Shown here: positions 58,990 through 64,000 of the stretch, one piece after another
Position numbering within the stretch: the first letter of the stretch is position 1
How the letters are laid out: every line of letters starts with the position of its first letter
NCBI RefSeq assembly: GCF_037042905.1
Contig: NC_087251.1
Location: 48,610,001 to 48,674,000, forward strand
DNA length: 64,000 bases
Reading direction: 5' to 3'
Source: Lytechinus pictus
Lineage: Eukaryota
Notes under the pieces: model-generated
Seen by the model: only the letters and a program-made list of their open reading frames with translations
Told to the model about the DNA's origin: nothing
The model's database searches: none
Position numbers and translations under genes: made by a program

Positions 58990-59830
58990 AGTTCCCTTTT
59001 CTAATTCAAGACCTGCCGTAGGATATGAGCTGTTCCAAGCAAGCTTGCCTTCTGTATCGTTTCAGGACACCTCGACTCCTAGAACAGCCAGCCAAGCTTC
59101 TGTGTCTTGTTGTCACAGTTCCTAAGGCTCCGATGACTATTGGTACCACCTTCGTCTTCACAGGTCCTTCCATATCCTTCTCAGCTCCCATGCCAGATCG
59201 TTACACTTTTGTATCTTTTCCTCCTCTTTACGCCAAGCTCTGCAGTCTCCTGGAATCGCAATATCTATGATGAGACATTCCCTGTCCTTCTTCTTTAAGA
59301 GAACGATATCTGGTCGTCTAGCTTTAATGACCTTGTCTGTAGTCTCCTGTCTGGATATTAAAATCCCATAAGAGTTTCACATCATCGTTCTCTACTACAG
59401 GCTCTGCCCGATGTTCGTACAATTTTTCTGCATGGGGTAGATGGTACTTCTTGGCCAGACCCCAATGAACTGCAGCTGCTATTCTGTCGTGCCTTCCTTT
59501 GTATTCAGTCTGTGCCATTTTGCTGCATTCACTCACCAGATGAGATACCGTTTCGTCTTTGTCATGACACATTCTACATGAGGGAGATGAATGCTCCTTT
59601 TCAACTTTGGCTCTTCGGTAATTTGTTCTAATTTATTGCTTGGTCCTGAACAGCAACTAGCACACTTTCCGTTTTCTTCTTTAAACTTCCTCGTTTCAGC
59701 CACCGCCAACTCTCTGGTCCATCAAACTCCTCTGTCTGTCTTAAATGCTGTCCGTGCATCACCTTCTCTTTCCATCCTTCCAATCTCATTTTCTTTTGAT
59801 CAGCCTCCAGCTGTTTCGCTGTCATATCAT
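58990..59830 (-). mobile_element. Fragment of an RLE-type (R4/Dong-like) non-LTR retrotransposon
   Basis: WKEKVMHGQ...AVQDQAI; CRMCHDKDETVSHLVSEC..YKGRHD; LLWDFNIQT; RPDIV; VVPIVIGALG; several frameshifts. Confidence 0.82.
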
Positions 59831-61124
59831 TTCCTTTATTATTATTATTACTATTCTTATTATTATTATCATTATCTACAATGATTGTTTTCCCACCGCC
59901 ATGCGCTATGGACAGTTTGTGAGGGAAAAGTTTCACAGGGTAATTTGAATGTTTTTGTTTCATCATCATCCACAGGCATGATCATCCAGTGCCGTAATGA
60001 GCCAACAATTTTAAGGGGGCACGATATGGTGTATACGTAAAAAGTTGCGACGAGCAAGCAAAGCAAGCGAGCAAAAATTCTGACATTTTTATTACAAGAA
60101 TCCAAGTTTGTGATAGATTTTGACATGATATTTAGAAAATATCATATTTCACCCTTATCACTTTCCTTTTCTCTTTTTTTTTTTTTTGGGGGGGGGGGGT
60201 TTTTATCGGGTTCTATTTTTTCACTTTATGATATATTATTATCATCATCATCATTATTATTTTCATTATTATTATCATTATTACTTTTTTTATAATAATT
60301 GTTATCAAAATCACCGCCACCACCACAACTATTGTTTATGATTTAATTTGTTATCATTGCCATAATTATTTACTTTACTGAAGGGTAGATGGGATCCAAG
60401 GGGCTGTAAGCAAACTTGATTTTCAGGCCAAATCTTCTGAGAAGGGACAAAACCTCCTGTAGACCCGGAAGTCGACCCTTGAAGAGCCACAGCACGTCCT
60501 CGCGGAGCATTGTGAACCTCTCGATATAAACTCCTCAAAAAAAGTTTGGAAATTTAAATTTGATCGATAATCCCTCCCCGGTTTTAGTAAATATCAATGT
60601 GTAATTAATATCAATGAATATATCATTTAATTTTCTTTAAAATGATACCCTACATGACATGATTATGGTTCACATGGAGGTGCAGTGCCTTGAAATGTGG
60701 GACAAGGTCAAAATTCAAAAGTTGCAAAATTACACAATATTGAAAGTCACTGTTCTTTTTTTCTGTGGTGATGAGTGAGTTTCTCAGCGGTTTCTTTAGT
60801 TTTCATGCACCTTAACATCAACATTAACCAGTTAACATGGAATCAAACACACCTCTGCACAAGCAAACACATAACAAACAAACAAACATTCATGGGTATT
60901 TTCAAACCATTTTATCTCACAGAACCATCATTACATAAACCACAACAAAACATAAAAAATGAAGAAGCAGGGGCTTGATTTGAATGGATTTTCATCTCTA
61001 TTGACACAGACAAAAGAATCATGTTCTGTATTGACCCTTCATAACTATTTCTGCTCGTTTTGCAGCTTTTCAATTCAGACCTTATCCAAGACTTTTGAAT
61101 CCTGCTCTTTTCGTGATGGCATGA

Positions 61125-61665
61125 TCTTTACAAGCATATATGGTATCATTTTTAAGAAAATTAAACGATATTTTGAATGATATCAAAATATGCCATTTGT
61201 AAAATTGGGAGCTAGGAGAAATTAATGGCCAAACTCAGATTTCCAAACGTTTTTGAGGGCATGATCATAACAAGCATGGTATCATTTAAAAGAGAATTTA
61301 ATGATCTTTTGAATGATGTCAAAAATGCATTGTGTAAAATTGGGAGTAAGGAGAAATTAATGGCCAAACTCAGATTTCCAAACGTTTTTGAGGGCATGAT
61401 CATAACAAGCATGGTATCATTTAAAAGAGAATTTAATGATCTTTTGAATGATGTTAAAAATGCATTGTGTAAAATTGGTAGTAAGGAGAAATTAATGGCC
61501 AAACTCAGATTTCCAAACGTTTTTGAGGGCATGATCATAACAAGCATGGTATCATTTAAAAGAGAATTTAATGATCTTTTGAATGATGTCAAAAATGCAT
61601 TGTGTAAAAATGGGAGTTAGGAGAAATTAATGGCCAAACTCAGATTTCCAAACGTTTTTGAGGGG
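61125..61665. repeat. 135-bp tandem repeat, about 4 copies
   Basis: GGAGAAATTAATGGCCAAACTCAGATTTCC recurs at 135-bp intervals from about 61215 to 61620. Confidence 0.92.
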
Positions 61666-62975
61666 TTTATTACTCTTTATCCATATTTCGATATTATTTA
61701 CATATATAAGATGCATAGACGGCAGAAAGGAGAAATGTAGTATGTAAATTCAAGTTTACAAAAATACAAAAATTTATTCGATTTTCTCAGTACGCCCTCT
61801 TTGCTCGCTTATAATACATTTTTTTACTTTGTAAATAACACACGCAATGTAGATAACACAATCTTACTTCAGAAGAATTTGCTAGTCTGACCCATGTCAG
61901 GTACTATTTCACTTTACTTTCTTTCTCTGTTGAGTATGATGGTTTGTTATTCCTTGTAATTACCATATGGTTTCTCATATTTGTTTTGGTTTTTCTTTAA
62001 TTTGCTATCAATTACCATTGTGTTCGTTCTGTTGCTTATTCTATGATTTGCTCTATTTGTTTTGTTTAGCAAATAAAAACTGAAGAAGGCCAGGGCCGAA
62101 AGCTTTGCAACATAGGGTGTATACTCTACTTCATTCCAAAAAGCATTCCATATAAACCCTAAATAATTTTTAGTTGACTACACAATTTCCCCTTTCATGG
62201 AGTTCTTTATTTTTTCAAAAATATAAAATTACAACACAATTTAATCCTAGAAAAAAAATATATATAAAATCAGTAAGCCACAGTCATGTTTGGTATAATA
62301 TTTCCAACTTTAAAAAGAAAAATCATTTTTCCGAGATTGATGTCGTATACACATTTCCATGCAATATACATGTAGGCCTATAACAAAAATACTCTTTTCC
62401 GTCTTCTTTGTGATCACCAAAATATAATTAAAAGCATTATTGTTGCAGCCTAGAAATTATTTTTGTTCTGAGGTGTGTAAGTGCGATCTATTCATTTTTG
62501 TGTATTTTGAAAAATCAAAAACCCCTTTCTTTAACCAAATTAGCAGTTACATAAGCAAATTGCATGAATAAAAATTTCATCAATTTCAATAGGAAAAGTC
62601 CATTAGATATGGCAACATTTTGATACATTTAACAATTTGTCGTTAACATTCAACTAAGTTTTTATTCCAAAAGGAGCTAAATCCATGACAAATATAATTT
62701 AAAAAAATTCTTAGAAATTGATACTGATTGCTAGATTAAAAAAAAGAATAACATGATTTGATTAATCTAAAATGATAGCACTATCATACCTATCAAAATA
62801 AAACAAGGGAAAGTGGTGAATTAAAAACCTTGATTTACAGAGAAACTAAAAAAGTGGATTTAGCTCCTTTCGGAATAAAACTCTTCATTTATTAATGCAT
62901 CATTTACTCATATCTTCATCGGTGTATAGATTCTATAAAAATGTCTCCGTTGCTAATCATCATATTGTATTTCTT

Positions 62976-62979
<4 letters not shown>

Positions 62980-63016
<37 letters not shown>
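62980..63016. repeat. (TA)n microsatellite
   Basis: Direct reading. Confidence 0.95.
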
Positions 63017-63023
<7 letters not shown>

Positions 63024-63133
63024 CTTTATTTCATAATCTAATAGAGAAGGTACAATAAACCCAGGTCCTCTACCAGTGATGATGGAACAAACTCCCCTTC
63101 ACTGGCAATAGGCATGGTAATGATACATGTATA

Positions 63134-64000
63134 CAGTGCGTATCAAAAAAAAGTTTACACTTTGAAAAAGCCCTGGGAATTAAAAAATATACAACATGTG
63201 GGTAATTTTTTCACATATAATCTTGGGTTTGGGTCTCATCTATCCAATGAAAGTAAAAGTTTTGTCAGAATGTTACACTTGAGTGAGCACTGTCAATTTT
63301 TGTAAAGCTCGCAAAAATCTGTTTGCGCAGATATGCTCGTTTTCACGATGTGTTAAGGGGAAACGGCGAAATCAAACTTACCCTGCGAAACATTTCTCAT
63401 ACATTTCCCTTGCACTTTTAGTCAATTGAAATAAGACGGATACATTCAAGCATTTTGTAACAATTTTGCCACCCAAATCGAAATTTCAGAACTTAGTAAG
63501 CACAACCTTTATCCTTTTTGTGCCAGCTGGATCTGAGGACATAACTGAATCTGAACAAAAATTTAAATCAGACATCTCCAGCATTATTTCACTCAGTTTT
63601 TATAATTGAAAGTGGGTTTACATTTCATTTTTCATTTAATACTTGTTTCTCCACACTTTTCCCAAGCTTGGCAATGATTGACAAAATGAAAATCAAGCTT
63701 AAGCCATTCCATGTAAATCACAGCTCAGTGTAAAGCAAATATCGTCACGATGGCCTCGGTGTGTGGGGGAGAGGGGTGGGGTGAAATGCTCTCTTCGAAG
63801 TGTTTTGGGCAAGGAAACAAGTCAAAAAAGGTAAAAGATATCTTCAAATCAATTTTTAATAGCTAAATTCTACGTGTTCTTCATGATTAAGGTCTACTTT
63901 TATTCGCATAACTATTTCAAAGTTCTGCGCAAATCATTTTTCACTAACTTTTCAAAAGTAAGTGGTGCTCACTCAAGCGGAAATATTTTTCGACAGTTAT
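63134..64000. mobile_element. Left part of another Tc1/mariner-like element running off the window
   Basis: TA|CAGTGCGTATCAAAAAAAAG terminus; partner TIR not in the window. Confidence 0.5.

Noticed and set aside
61212..61620. 126-aa and 131-aa repeat proteins
   Set aside because: By-products of a 135-bp (multiple of 3) tandem unit, with no splice or domain support.

Overview
AT-rich animal genomic DNA with spliceosomal introns. An invertebrate deuterostome, probably an echinoderm, is inferred from the repeat landscape but not proven. (1) One minus-strand gene spans about 54 kb (ATG 58178 to stop 3927). I assembled it by hand into 28 GT-AG exons with consistent phases (3081 nt, 1026 aa). It encodes a signal peptide, a TPR-like segment and an S9/esterase-type alpha/beta hydrolase with a Ser-Asp-His triad (GHSMGG, GAIDRTV, KEHWW). 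(2) Intron 8 holds a 12.8-kb Academ (AcademX-type) DNA transposon. Its spliced ORF of about 1530 codons (Zn fingers, DDE-like transposase, XPG/PIN nuclease, Cys8 tail) is broken only by one 1-bp frameshift, and its own intron carries three nested TIR elements. (3) Intron 22 contains a 14-copy, about 135-bp tandem array built from the 3' end of exon 22 plus its splice donor. (4) The rest is dense with MITEs (Kolobok-, Sola-, Harbinger-, Tc1- and piggyBac-like, several nested), tRNA-derived SINEs, fragments of several LINE clades, a probable solo LTR and simple repeats. All family assignments rest on motif, TIR and TSD recognition by eye, not on database searches.
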